Origin: Promethearchaeota archaeon
Lineage (GTDB): Archaea; Asgardarchaeota; Lokiarchaeia; Sigyniarchaeales; SOKP01
DNA length: 64,000 nt
Direction of reading: 5' to 3'
NCBI GenBank assembly: GCA_019894975.1
Contig: JAGXNO010000011.1
Span: 1 to 64,000, forward strand
In this document: positions 18,740 through 27,756 of the stretch, in pieces
Layout of the letters: every line of letters starts with the position of its first letter
Numbering within the stretch: the stretch's first letter is position 1
Translations under genes and position numbers: made by a program
Notes under the pieces: model-generated
What the model was told of the DNA's origin: nothing
Seen by the model: only the letters and a program-made list of their open reading frames with translations
Database searches by the model: none

Positions 18740-20128
18740 ATGTCTCGTACTCCGATAAAGAACCTCAGTGAATTAAACAAGAACGGGAGAATTATTGGTA
18801 GAGCAAACTATATTTTCACACCAGAAATATCAAGCTCTATTGGGTCAATTCATGGAAGCATTTTTAATCAAAATGAATCCATTGTTATGGGGAGAGATTA
18901 TCATAATGACAGTCGTATGTTGAAAAGAGCATATACTTCAGGTCTAATGTCTACAGGAATTAATCTCCTTAATTTATCAGATTGTACATTTCCTCTACTA
19001 CAATTTACAATTAGACGATTTGGTGCTAGCGGTGGTGTATATATTTCTGGAGAGCATTTATATAGTGAAGATGTTGGAATTAGATTTCTAGATGCGGGAG
19101 GAATTGAGGTTTCACGAAATGAAATTCAACGGATAATTGATTCGTTTAATACTTATCCTAAACCAGTAAGAAGAGTCGATCCTAACGAAATTGGGCAAAT
19201 CACAGCAATTCCTCAGACTGCGGATATATACGTCAAATCATTACAGCAATTTGTTGATAAAAAGAAAATAAAAAAGGCAGATCTAAAAATAGTTGTAGAC
19301 TGTTCATATGGACCTACAGGTAAACTTACACCACTTTTAATAAATGATATAGGAGTTGAGGTAATTGCCCTAAATACTCATTATCGTGAACGATCCTCAA
19401 GTCCCGTTCCAAGTATCAACACAATAAGAAATACTGCTAATATTGTTAAGGCTTCAAATAGTCATCTGGGAGTGCTTTTTGACGTCGATGGTTCAAGAAT
19501 ATTAGTTCTTGATGAAAATGGAACAGAGATATGCTATGAAGATTTGCTCATGCTATTTGTATCTTATGATAAACGAATACAAAACTCAAAATCAAATACT
19601 ATTATAACAACGCCTTCAATCCCTCCTGTCGTAAAGAAGTTTATAGAAGACGCGGGATTTCCTATTAAGCAAGTTGAAAATTATCCTGGAGAAATTTCTA
19701 GACAGATTAGGGAAGAAAGAGCTTGTTTTGCTGCAGCCGATACGTTAAAGTTTTCCTTCCCAGAATTTGCTCCCTTTTCCGATGGTAACTTTATTCTACT
19801 CAAAATCCTTGAGATCATGACGAATCAAGATGATCTTCTGAGTTCCTTAACCAAAGGATTCCCCAAAGGAACTAAAATAACTAGGACAGTACCAATCTCA
19901 CCAGATCTCCTTGATAACATACATAATCGTTTGAGGGAAGTCGCAGAGGAAACGGGATACCAATATCATGATATAATAAATGAACTGAAAGTCGTAGATA
20001 ACAACTGTTATGCATTGATTAAAGTAGCTTTACATAGGAATGCAATTATTTTATCTGCGGAATCCGAGCATAAAGAAGATGCTCAAAAAATGATTGATAA
20101 GTTAGAAAAAATTATTTCAAGACTATGA
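18740..20128 (+). CDS. Alpha-D-phosphohexomutase-like protein with degenerate catalytic motifs
   Basis: PMM/PGM-like layout (GRDYH..SRMLK, VDCSYG), but ISGEHL replaces TASHN and DVDGSR replaces DGDxDR. Confidence 0.8.
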   Translation: MSRTPIKNLSELNKNGRIIGRANYIFTPEISSSIGSIHGSIFNQNESIVMGRDYHNDSRMLKRAYTSGLMSTGINLLNLSDCTFPLLQFTIRRFGASGGVYISGEHLYSEDVGIRFLDAGGIEVSRNEIQRIIDSFNTYPKPVRRVDPNEIGQITAIPQTADIYVKSLQQFVDKKKIKKADLKIVVDCSYGPTGKLTPLLINDIGVEVIALNTHYRERSSSPVPSINTIRNTANIVKASNSHLGVLFDVDGSRILVLDENGTEICYEDLLMLFVSYDKRIQNSKSNTIITTPSIPPVVKKFIEDAGFPIKQVENYPGEISRQIREERACFAAADTLKFSFPEFAPFSDGNFILLKILEIMTNQDDLLSSLTKGFPKGTKITRTVPISPDLLDNIHNRLREVAEETGYQYHDIINELKVVDNNCYALIKVALHRNAIILSAESEHKEDAQKMIDKLEKIISRL

Positions 20129-20264
20129 CCATTAAGCAAGAATTCTAAACTCTGATTCAAATTCATAAAATATAATTAATACATATAGGATTAAAAATTT
20201 AAAAAAAAAGGAACTAATTATATAATAATAAAAAATAAGTATTGAACTAGAAAAAGATGATTTT

Positions 20265-20918
20265 ATGCCCGATGCCAGTGCAATTATAGTTATAATCACG
20301 TTTTTTGTGATTTATGGGATATTTTTGTGTTTTGATCTATTTAAAAGAAATGAGAAGTACGCATATTTAAGCTATGTCGTAGCGGTTCTTCCTGCCAATT
20401 TTTATTGGGGCTTGGGTTATGATGTTCTTGTTGCTTACATTATTCTCTTTATTTTGTGGATTCTTAGTTTATTGCGCGATACTTTAGGTGTCTATCTTAA
20501 AAAAAATAAAGAGATTAATGAGATTCTCTTGTACCTCACTCTTGCTATCATTATTCAGTTGATTGTTAGTGCAATATTACCGGAAGCAAATTCTGATTTA
20601 GAGAATTATACAGAACAAATCTTATACTTTTGGTTACCCAACGTTCATTCAGCTATTTTTCGACCAAGTACAGTGGGTGCATTTAAAGTTGCTGCAACTT
20701 TGTTGATACTACTAGTTATTGTTCCCCTTATCCTTGACATAAGAGATGAAGAAGCAACACTACCAATCCTAATTGTGTTTGTTGTAATATTTATATTGCC
20801 TTTCCTATATTTAAGCTATATATGGCTTCCGGAGGCAATGGGAGTTATGACATTCCTATTTTCAGTGATTCTCTTTATCGTGCTTTTGCTGATTACTAAA
20901 TCAGGAAAGGAGAATTAG
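20265..20918 (+). CDS. Hypothetical integral membrane protein
   Basis: 217-aa ORF with about 7 hydrophobic segments. Confidence 0.7.
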   Translation: MPDASAIIVIITFFVIYGIFLCFDLFKRNEKYAYLSYVVAVLPANFYWGLGYDVLVAYIILFILWILSLLRDTLGVYLKKNKEINEILLYLTLAIIIQLIVSAILPEANSDLENYTEQILYFWLPNVHSAIFRPSTVGAFKVAATLLILLVIVPLILDIRDEEATLPILIVFVVIFILPFLYLSYIWLPEAMGVMTFLFSVILFIVLLLITKSGKEN

Positions 20919-21069
20919 CGTAAACAAGTTTTAAGCAAATATCCCAATGAAAACAAAGAATCTTTTTTTTCTTTTTAATTCTTTTTAAAAATTAACTCTA
21001 TTACAATAAGAACTTTTTTCATCTTTTTATTATTATTTTTATATTTATTTCATGATTAACTAGTATTTT

Positions 21070-22107
21070 ATGAGGAATTCAAATAGTAATATTTCTTTAT
21101 ATTCAATAATGGCAAAAAAAAAAGTTACAGCAGATACTGAAAGTGAGGAGGTAGAGCCCTTATCCAAATCTTCTTATAGTTTAAAGGATCTGCCAGGTGT
21201 TGGGGATGCAACTTTAAAAAAATTGGAGGATGCAGGAATTTTATCAGTTAGGACTCTGGCAATGTATCCCTTAATTAAACTAACTGATGAAGTGGGTTTA
21301 GGTGATAAAACAGCTGAGAAGCTAGTTAAGACTGCTCAAGACATAGAGAAAATGGGATTCGAATCTGCTGATCTAATATGGGAAAAACGTAAATTATTGA
21401 ACAGACTCACTACAGGAAGTCAAAATTTTGATGATTTACTAGTAGGAGGTATCGAACCAGGAGCAGTCACTGAAGTTTTTGGTGAGTATCGTACAGGAAA
21501 AACCCAATTAGCTCATCAATTATGTGTAAATGTGCAATTACAATACGAAAGTGGAGGTCTTGAAGGAAATGCTCTATATATTGACACTGAAGGTACATTT
21601 AGACCAGAAAGAATAATACAAATGGCTGCAGGTTTGGATTTAGATCCTAATGAGGTAATGAAAAACATAACCGTAGGAAGAGCTTATAATAGTGATCATC
21701 AAATTTTATTGATTAGAGAAGCTTCAAGAATAATTGAAGATAAAAACATCAAATTAGTTATTGTAGATTCCTTAATAGGACATTTTCGGAGTGAATATGT
21801 TGGGAGAGGGACTTTAGCATCTCGTCAACAGACGATAAATTCTCATTTACATGATCTTTTAAGATTATCTGAAGTTTATGACGAGTTGGCAGTTCTTTTT
21901 ACCAATCAAGTCTCATCTAGACCTGATGTGTTTTATGGAAACCCAATAATACATACTGGAGGTCATATTGTTGCCCATGGAGCAACTATAAGAATCTTCT
22001 TAAGAAAAGGGAAAGGAGAACAAAGGGTTGCTAAAGTCGTTGATGCTCCAAATATTCCTGAAAGTGATACTGTCTTTAGTATTACTGAAGATGGGATAAA
22101 AGATTAG
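21070..22107 (+). CDS. radA: DNA repair and recombination protein RadA (start may be ATG 21109)
   Basis: N-terminal HhH LPGVG, Walker A GEYRTGKTQ, YIDTEGTFRPERI, VIVDS, HFRSEYVGRGTLASRQQ and GGHIVAH. Confidence 0.97.
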   Translation: MRNSNSNISLYSIMAKKKVTADTESEEVEPLSKSSYSLKDLPGVGDATLKKLEDAGILSVRTLAMYPLIKLTDEVGLGDKTAEKLVKTAQDIEKMGFESADLIWEKRKLLNRLTTGSQNFDDLLVGGIEPGAVTEVFGEYRTGKTQLAHQLCVNVQLQYESGGLEGNALYIDTEGTFRPERIIQMAAGLDLDPNEVMKNITVGRAYNSDHQILLIREASRIIEDKNIKLVIVDSLIGHFRSEYVGRGTLASRQQTINSHLHDLLRLSEVYDELAVLFTNQVSSRPDVFYGNPIIHTGGHIVAHGATIRIFLRKGKGEQRVAKVVDAPNIPESDTVFSITEDGIKD

Positions 22108-22135
22108 TGGTATTACAATAAAACGCTTCTCACCA

Positions 22136-22573
22136 TTAATACTTTAGATTCACATTTACTTTGAATCCATTTCTCAACGATTCTGCAACAATACAATATT
22201 GTTCAAAGAATTTTATACATTGATCTGCGCTCTTACGCATTTCTGGAGTATCGATTTTCGGGATTATCTCAACATCAATTTTTTTAATCCTCCAAAATCC
22301 TTTTTCATTCCGGGATATTGTAACTCCAGCTTTTCCTTCTAAATCCGATAAAGTAAAGTTTTTTTTTTGAAGACAAAATGAAAAACTTGCTGCTAAGCAT
22401 CCTAGAACTGATAATGCTAACAGTTTTGTTGGAGAGGTGCCAATTTTTTCTGTTTTTTCTACATTCCTTTCGTCTATATAGAGATTATCTATCTTAAAAC
22501 TTCCAAGGTCACCTTTAAAAACCATTTCTTCTACTTGTTTTAAACCAGCTTTAGTATTTAATTCAGTTGTCAT
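22136..22573 (-). CDS. OsmC/Ohr-family protein (paralog 1)
   Basis: GTSPTKLLALSVLGCL and FEQYCIVAESL; both Cys residues present. Confidence 0.85.
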   Translation of the reverse strand: MTTELNTKAGLKQVEEMVFKGDLGSFKIDNLYIDERNVEKTEKIGTSPTKLLALSVLGCLAASFSFCLQKKNFTLSDLEGKAGVTISRNEKGFWRIKKIDVEIIPKIDTPEMRKSADQCIKFFEQYCIVAESLRNGFKVNVNLKY

Positions 22574-22616
22574 ATATAATCATCATAGTTTGGATATTTT
22601 TTATATTTGATCTAAA

Positions 22617-23093
22617 TTATAAATCTATATTTACATTCACATCAATACCAGATCTTATAGATTGTGTAACAGTACAATATTGTTCGAAGAAGCTTACCCC
22701 ATCTTTTGCAGATTTTAAGCATTGTTTTGCTCTTTTAAGAGCATCAGGATCGGTTATATTTGGCTTAATATTAACATCAATGTTTTTAACTCTCAAAAAC
22801 TCCTTCTCGTTTCGTGAAATAATGACTTCTGCTTCAGCTGAAAAATCATCAACCTTAAATTTTCTTTTTTTCAAACAAAAAATAAAGCTCGCACTTAAGC
22901 ACCCTAAAATAGCTAATCCCAGCAACCTTGAGGGATTAGGTCCTAACATATCAACTTCTTGAGGATGTTCTTCATCTATATAGCAATCCTTAACCTTCAT
23001 ATTCCCTAAATCACATTTAAAAACCATTTGGGATTCAGATTCATCTAGAATGATCCCAACTGTTGTTTTCATTTCTTCTGAAATTCTAATCAC
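22617..23093 (-). CDS. OsmC/Ohr-family protein (paralog 2); start is GTG 23093 or ATT 23084
   Basis: GPNPSRLLGLAILGCL and FEQYCTVTQSI; clear paralog of the adjacent gene. Confidence 0.85.
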   Translation of the reverse strand: MIRISEEMKTTVGIILDESESQMVFKCDLGNMKVKDCYIDEEHPQEVDMLGPNPSRLLGLAILGCLSASFIFCLKKRKFKVDDFSAEAEVIISRNEKEFLRVKNIDVNIKPNITDPDALKRAKQCLKSAKDGVSFFEQYCTVTQSIRSGIDVNVNIDL

Positions 23094-23193
23094 CTATGAG
23101 TAATTAAGTTCTAATTATTTTCCTTATCTGTTATTGAATAGAAATAATTATTGGTTATTTTTTATTATTTAAAAAGAATGAAATACATTTCCA

Positions 23194-23784
23194 TTAGCTT
23201 GATTCAATTCTCTTCAAATTAAAATGGCGTTGTAGGTGGAATCCTAGAAAGATAAAGTAAATGATGATAATGAAGAAATAATTGAGAGCAAATATAGATA
23301 TAAAAAAAATCATGGAAATGAAAATCAAGACTTCAATTAGTATAACCCTTGTATTTCCATAATATTTTTTATCAAAGAAGGATCCAGGTCTTTTATATTG
23401 AGATAGATGTGTCGAAATATTTGCAAACTCGTCTTTTGTAATTAGTAATTTAAGACCTACTTGTTTTTTTGGAAAGTAAAAGAAATTAGTTCCCCAATCA
23501 AATGTATCAATAATAACATGAAGGGAGTAACTGAGACCACTTAGTATCAATACAATCCAATTAAATATTACTCCTAAAACAGTGACAATAATACCAGGAA
23601 GAATCGAATGGGTGATCAACATTCGATGATTATTATCTAGCGCATATTTTGAGAAAAAAATATCAAAATCACATACAAATGAAAAGATAAGTACTAGGAA
23701 AAACTCTAAAAAGTTTAATTCTAAAAAGTAGTTGGAAATAGACGTTATGATAATGCCTATACCAAAATGTATATTTATATGTAT
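23194..23784 (-). CDS. Membrane-bound metal-dependent hydrolase-like protein (YdjM-like); probable ATA start
   Basis: The frame is open upstream of the track start (23622): HINIHFGIG...FVCDFD...NHRMLITHS...SLHVIIDTF. This matches the H / DxD / HRxxTHS / HxxxD pattern. Confidence 0.65.
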   Translation of the reverse strand: MHINIHFGIGIIITSISNYFLELNFLEFFLVLIFSFVCDFDIFFSKYALDNNHRMLITHSILPGIIVTVLGVIFNWIVLILSGLSYSLHVIIDTFDWGTNFFYFPKKQVGLKLLITKDEFANISTHLSQYKRPGSFFDKKYYGNTRVILIEVLIFISMIFFISIFALNYFFIIIIYFIFLGFHLQRHFNLKRIESS

Positions 23785-23799
23785 GAATACTCACCTAGT

Positions 23800-24774
23800 T
23801 TATTCAATGTATTCTTTTCTGCTTGCTCTTTTTAAAACGTTCATTTTTGTTCCAAATCCTGAAGGACCTTTTTTTTCCACCAAAAACGAAGCGGCTGCTG
23901 AAGCTAAAAATGCACAACTTCTAATCTCATCCCAAGATTTATCCGAATGGAGAAATTCATATAAAAATATTGAGAAATATACGTCCCCGGCGCCAGTTTC
24001 ATCACTAACTTTTTTTGGTTTAAAAGCGGGAATTTCTACTATTGGGTATCCTTTTTTATAAATCAAAGAACCCTTTTCTCCTAATGTCATAATGAACAAC
24101 CCGTTTGTGTTGTATTTTTCAAAATAATTCATCACTCTGTAAGAATCCTTATATTCATTTGTAAAGAGTTTTATTTCTTCTTCTGATCCTTTAAGGATTA
24201 AGTTATCTCCAATCAAATATATTATCTTTTCGATATTTGAGATAATATTTTCATTATAATGATAAGAAACTTTTCCTTGGTTATCGATATTTCTAATAAA
24301 ACCTTGTAAATCGATCCCTATACAGACATTGGGAACTTTCCTCGAAATTTGTGAAACATATTCAAAAGAGATTTCATTACACAAAGGAACTAATACAATA
24401 ACATCAGGGGGATTGATTAGATATTCTTGGGGTATGTCTTCAAACTTAAGATCTGGGCTTCTTGATTTTAGTGTTAGAGTCCTAGTATGATCAAAATAAT
24501 CTAACACGAAATTAGTATTTTCTACATTTGAATGTTTTACTCCTTGTAAATCAACATTCTTTTTTTTTACAGAGTCCAATAAAGATATATTGAAATTTTT
24601 TTCACCAATATGAGAAATAATGCCAATTTTAACATCTTGAGTATAATTTCTTAGAGCTAATGAACAATAAGAAACACTACCTCCAAGAGTAGCCTTACTT
24701 AGATGTTTAAATCTAATAATATTATCTATAGCAAAATGTCCCGCAAAAATTATGTTCTTAATTTGATTACTCAT
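23800..24774 (-). CDS. PfkB-family carbohydrate kinase
   Basis: LGGSVSY, IDLQG, MTLGEKGS and DETGAGD. Confidence 0.9.
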   Translation of the reverse strand: MSNQIKNIIFAGHFAIDNIIRFKHLSKATLGGSVSYCSLALRNYTQDVKIGIISHIGEKNFNISLLDSVKKKNVDLQGVKHSNVENTNFVLDYFDHTRTLTLKSRSPDLKFEDIPQEYLINPPDVIVLVPLCNEISFEYVSQISRKVPNVCIGIDLQGFIRNIDNQGKVSYHYNENIISNIEKIIYLIGDNLILKGSEEEIKLFTNEYKDSYRVMNYFEKYNTNGLFIMTLGEKGSLIYKKGYPIVEIPAFKPKKVSDETGAGDVYFSIFLYEFLHSDKSWDEIRSCAFLASAAASFLVEKKGPSGFGTKMNVLKRASRKEYIE

Positions 24775-25902
24775 TTATGATGATTTTAATTCATCAATAA
24801 TTTTATTCTTTTCTTCTATGGTTATTTTTAGTCTATTTATTGTTTTCTGCAAATCTTCCACTAAACTAGCTATGGGTCTTTCTGGGGCTATCATTTGAGG
24901 TTGACGGGATTCTTTAATTTCTGCTATAATTTGATCTTTTGCTTTTAGTTGTTTTTGTAGGTCCTCTACTAATCTCTCAGATTCGGCAAGCGAGAGAGTT
25001 TCTATGGAAATTTTTGATTTTTCTTTTAGAGTTTCTTGTATTTGGGAAAGATCAGATTTCAGCTGGTCATTTTCTTTCTTTAACTCTTTTATCTCTTCGG
25101 GTTCAATCTGGACTCCGCCTTGATCAATCGCACTTTGGAGCTCAGAGTTGTCTTGGTTTAACCTATCTATTACTTTCTTGTACTTGTTTAAATCTGCTTG
25201 AAGATCTTGGCATAAAATTTCTAAAGTTGCAGAAGAAGTTTGAGCAGGTTGAGGTCTTATTATTTTTGATTCGGGAGTTTCAACAGGTATAACATATTCT
25301 ACTTGTGATTTTGTTTCCTTTTCAATTAATTGTTCATTCAGACTAGAAATTTCTTTACTTAGTTCTAGGTTTTTCTGCTCCAATTCAGATACTTGAGACT
25401 TTTTCTTTGATAATTCTGATTTTAGATCTTCTATTAATTCTTGGGAGATATCAGGCCCAGTTTCAGAAGCTGTATCTGCCATAAATTGGACTGCGGATGT
25501 GGCTTCATCTAATTTCAATTTTAATTCATTTATTTCATTTTCTTTGAAGTTTATAGCGTTATCTTTTTCCGTTAAGCTTAAAGTTAATGAGCTAATTTTA
25601 TTACTAAGGTCAAGATTTTCTTGATGAATTTTCTCTACATTCCCTCTATCAAAAGATCCAGTATTTTTTAATTCCTCTTTCAGCCTTTCATTTTCGTCAA
25701 TTGTTTTTCGGATAACTTCTTCTGTTCTACTAATTAAATCTATATTAGCTTGAATTTTAGTTCTTAATTGCTCATTTTCTTGTTCAACTTCTTGAATACG
25801 TTTTAAAGTATCGCCAATAGCACTGGGTTTGTCTGACTCGGTGTCCATTTTCTTACGCCACAAACTAATAAAATCCTCAACTTTTTCCTTATCTTCGGGC
25901 AT
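24775..25902 (-). CDS. Long coiled-coil hypothetical protein
   Basis: 375 aa, E/K/L-rich heptads interrupted by Pro-rich hinges. Confidence 0.75.
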   Translation of the reverse strand: MPEDKEKVEDFISLWRKKMDTESDKPSAIGDTLKRIQEVEQENEQLRTKIQANIDLISRTEEVIRKTIDENERLKEELKNTGSFDRGNVEKIHQENLDLSNKISSLTLSLTEKDNAINFKENEINELKLKLDEATSAVQFMADTASETGPDISQELIEDLKSELSKKKSQVSELEQKNLELSKEISSLNEQLIEKETKSQVEYVIPVETPESKIIRPQPAQTSSATLEILCQDLQADLNKYKKVIDRLNQDNSELQSAIDQGGVQIEPEEIKELKKENDQLKSDLSQIQETLKEKSKISIETLSLAESERLVEDLQKQLKAKDQIIAEIKESRQPQMIAPERPIASLVEDLQKTINRLKITIEEKNKIIDELKSS

Positions 25903-25934
25903 AATATTGTTTTATTTTGTTTTTTTAACTAAAT

Positions 25935-26855
25935 TTATTTTATTAAGATCCCTGAAAAATATCCAACTGTCCAAGGATGTCTTCCAGGAGATATATCTTT
26001 GCTATTATAAGATTTTAAGCACTTACCTTTATTTATATTTAATTTTTGACCAATAGCGAGTAATGTAGCAATTGCGTGTCGACCACACACAGAAGGTCTT
26101 CTTTCTCCCATTTCGAATTTATCATATAATTCTTGATTTACATAGTTTTCAGGTTTAAGGAATTGTTCGGGATCAAGTTTCAAAAATTGGTCGATTTCGA
26201 TTTGATCAATTTCTCTAAGAGTTTTCAATTGCTCATCGTTATATACATTGTAATGCGACATATCTGAGGAAACCACTACTACAATATCTTTAGAAGAGCT
26301 ATTTATCAATTCTACAATATCGTCAGCAATTTGTTCCAAATCTTTAAATTTATGAGAAAATATTTTAATTGGTAATATCTTAACATCTTTATCTTCTGCG
26401 CAATATTTGATGAATGGTATTAAAAGTTCAAGACTATTTTCTTTGATTCCTAAGAATACAGACTCGTTAGAAACAATTATTTTGCTTATTGCTAATAATT
26501 TCTCAGCTAATTCATTATCAATTTTTACGTTTCCTAGTGGTGTTTCCCATTCTCCTTCTTTTAATATCGAGTTGGGGCCAATTCCTCCATGATAAAATCC
26601 AATTACAATTAGTACATCGGGGATTTTTTCCTTAAACAAATTTAAAAAAGTAAAAGCGGCACATGATCCAGAAATTTCTATTCCTGCGTGAGGTGAAACA
26701 CCACCTATAATAGTTCTTTTATTTAAATTTAAAGATTTTGGCTTTTCTCCCGGTCCAAATTCTTTGTTAGTAAAACAACGGTCTAATAAATTAGTTAATC
26801 CTTCGTGACTATGAGGATACCAAGAGCCTGCAAAGAAAGATTTTCTAATTACCAT
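25935..26855 (-). CDS. MEMO1-family protein (AmmeMemoRadiSam protein B)
   Basis: RKSFFAGSWYP, SPHAG, WETPLG, ENSLE, SSDMSHY, VCG and VGY. Confidence 0.9.
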   Translation of the reverse strand: MVIRKSFFAGSWYPHSHEGLTNLLDRCFTNKEFGPGEKPKSLNLNKRTIIGGVSPHAGIEISGSCAAFTFLNLFKEKIPDVLIVIGFYHGGIGPNSILKEGEWETPLGNVKIDNELAEKLLAISKIIVSNESVFLGIKENSLELLIPFIKYCAEDKDVKILPIKIFSHKFKDLEQIADDIVELINSSSKDIVVVVSSDMSHYNVYNDEQLKTLREIDQIEIDQFLKLDPEQFLKPENYVNQELYDKFEMGERRPSVCGRHAIATLLAIGQKLNINKGKCLKSYNSKDISPGRHPWTVGYFSGILIK

Positions 26856-27128
26856 ATTATTCTCACAATCTTATCTTAATTAAATACTATTTATATAGCT
26901 TCATATATATTATTTTAGAATATCCCTAAGGTGAATTAAGATAATGGCATCTCAGTTGTATAGAATTTGAGATTAAGAATAAATATATTCTTATTAAAGC
27001 AGAATTCATTATTAAGACAACCTATAAATCTTATATTGAGAGGATTATAGATAGATTTATTCGATATAATGCAAAATTTAAATTTCCTAATTTAGTAGTA
27101 TTCTTAAGCTATATTAAATAATTCTATA

Positions 27129-27737
27129 ATGATGAATGACGTTAAAGACGGTAAAATATCTCTTGATGATATAGAATTACCCGAAAAGATTCCAGCAAAA
27201 TTCATTAATTCAAGAGTGATAATCTTTAATCCCCTTTTTGCTTCTTATCTTTATGTAAAGGGCATCAATGGTCAACGTTTTTTTGGATCACCATTAGGCA
27301 TAAATAAGCCACGATTAGAATATTTTTCAAAACCCTCAGAATTATCACTAATAGAAGCGTACTATTTATTGGAAAAAGAATATATATCGATTTTTGACGT
27401 CATAGAAAACAAAGAATTAGAAGCTAAAGACTTTTATGAAATAGCATTAAAAATCCATCATAAATTTGAAGAAAAATATAAAATCTATAAAGACTTACGA
27501 AATAAGAATTACGTACCTAGACCTGGATTAAAATTTGGGGCAGATTTTGTCGTATATCGTCTCGGACCGGGTCTTGAACATTCACTTTTCATGGTGCATG
27601 TTTTACCCCATGATTCTGAAATTACCGCAGTAGATATGGTACGAGCGGGAAGATTAGCAACATCAGTAAGAAAGAAATTTGTAATCGCCAATCCTATGAC
27701 AAATTCTTATTATTTCTTTGAATGGTTTAAACCCTAA
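27129..27737 (+). CDS. endA: tRNA-splicing endonuclease, catalytic (alpha) subunit
   Basis: ELSLIEAYYL, IYKDLRNKNYVPRPGLKFGADFVVY..GPGLEHS and RLATSVRKK; catalytic Tyr/His/Lys present. Confidence 0.95.
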   Translation: MMNDVKDGKISLDDIELPEKIPAKFINSRVIIFNPLFASYLYVKGINGQRFFGSPLGINKPRLEYFSKPSELSLIEAYYLLEKEYISIFDVIENKELEAKDFYEIALKIHHKFEEKYKIYKDLRNKNYVPRPGLKFGADFVVYRLGPGLEHSLFMVHVLPHDSEITAVDMVRAGRLATSVRKKFVIANPMTNSYYFFEWFKP

Positions 27738-27756
27738 TAAAATCTTATAATTTTTC

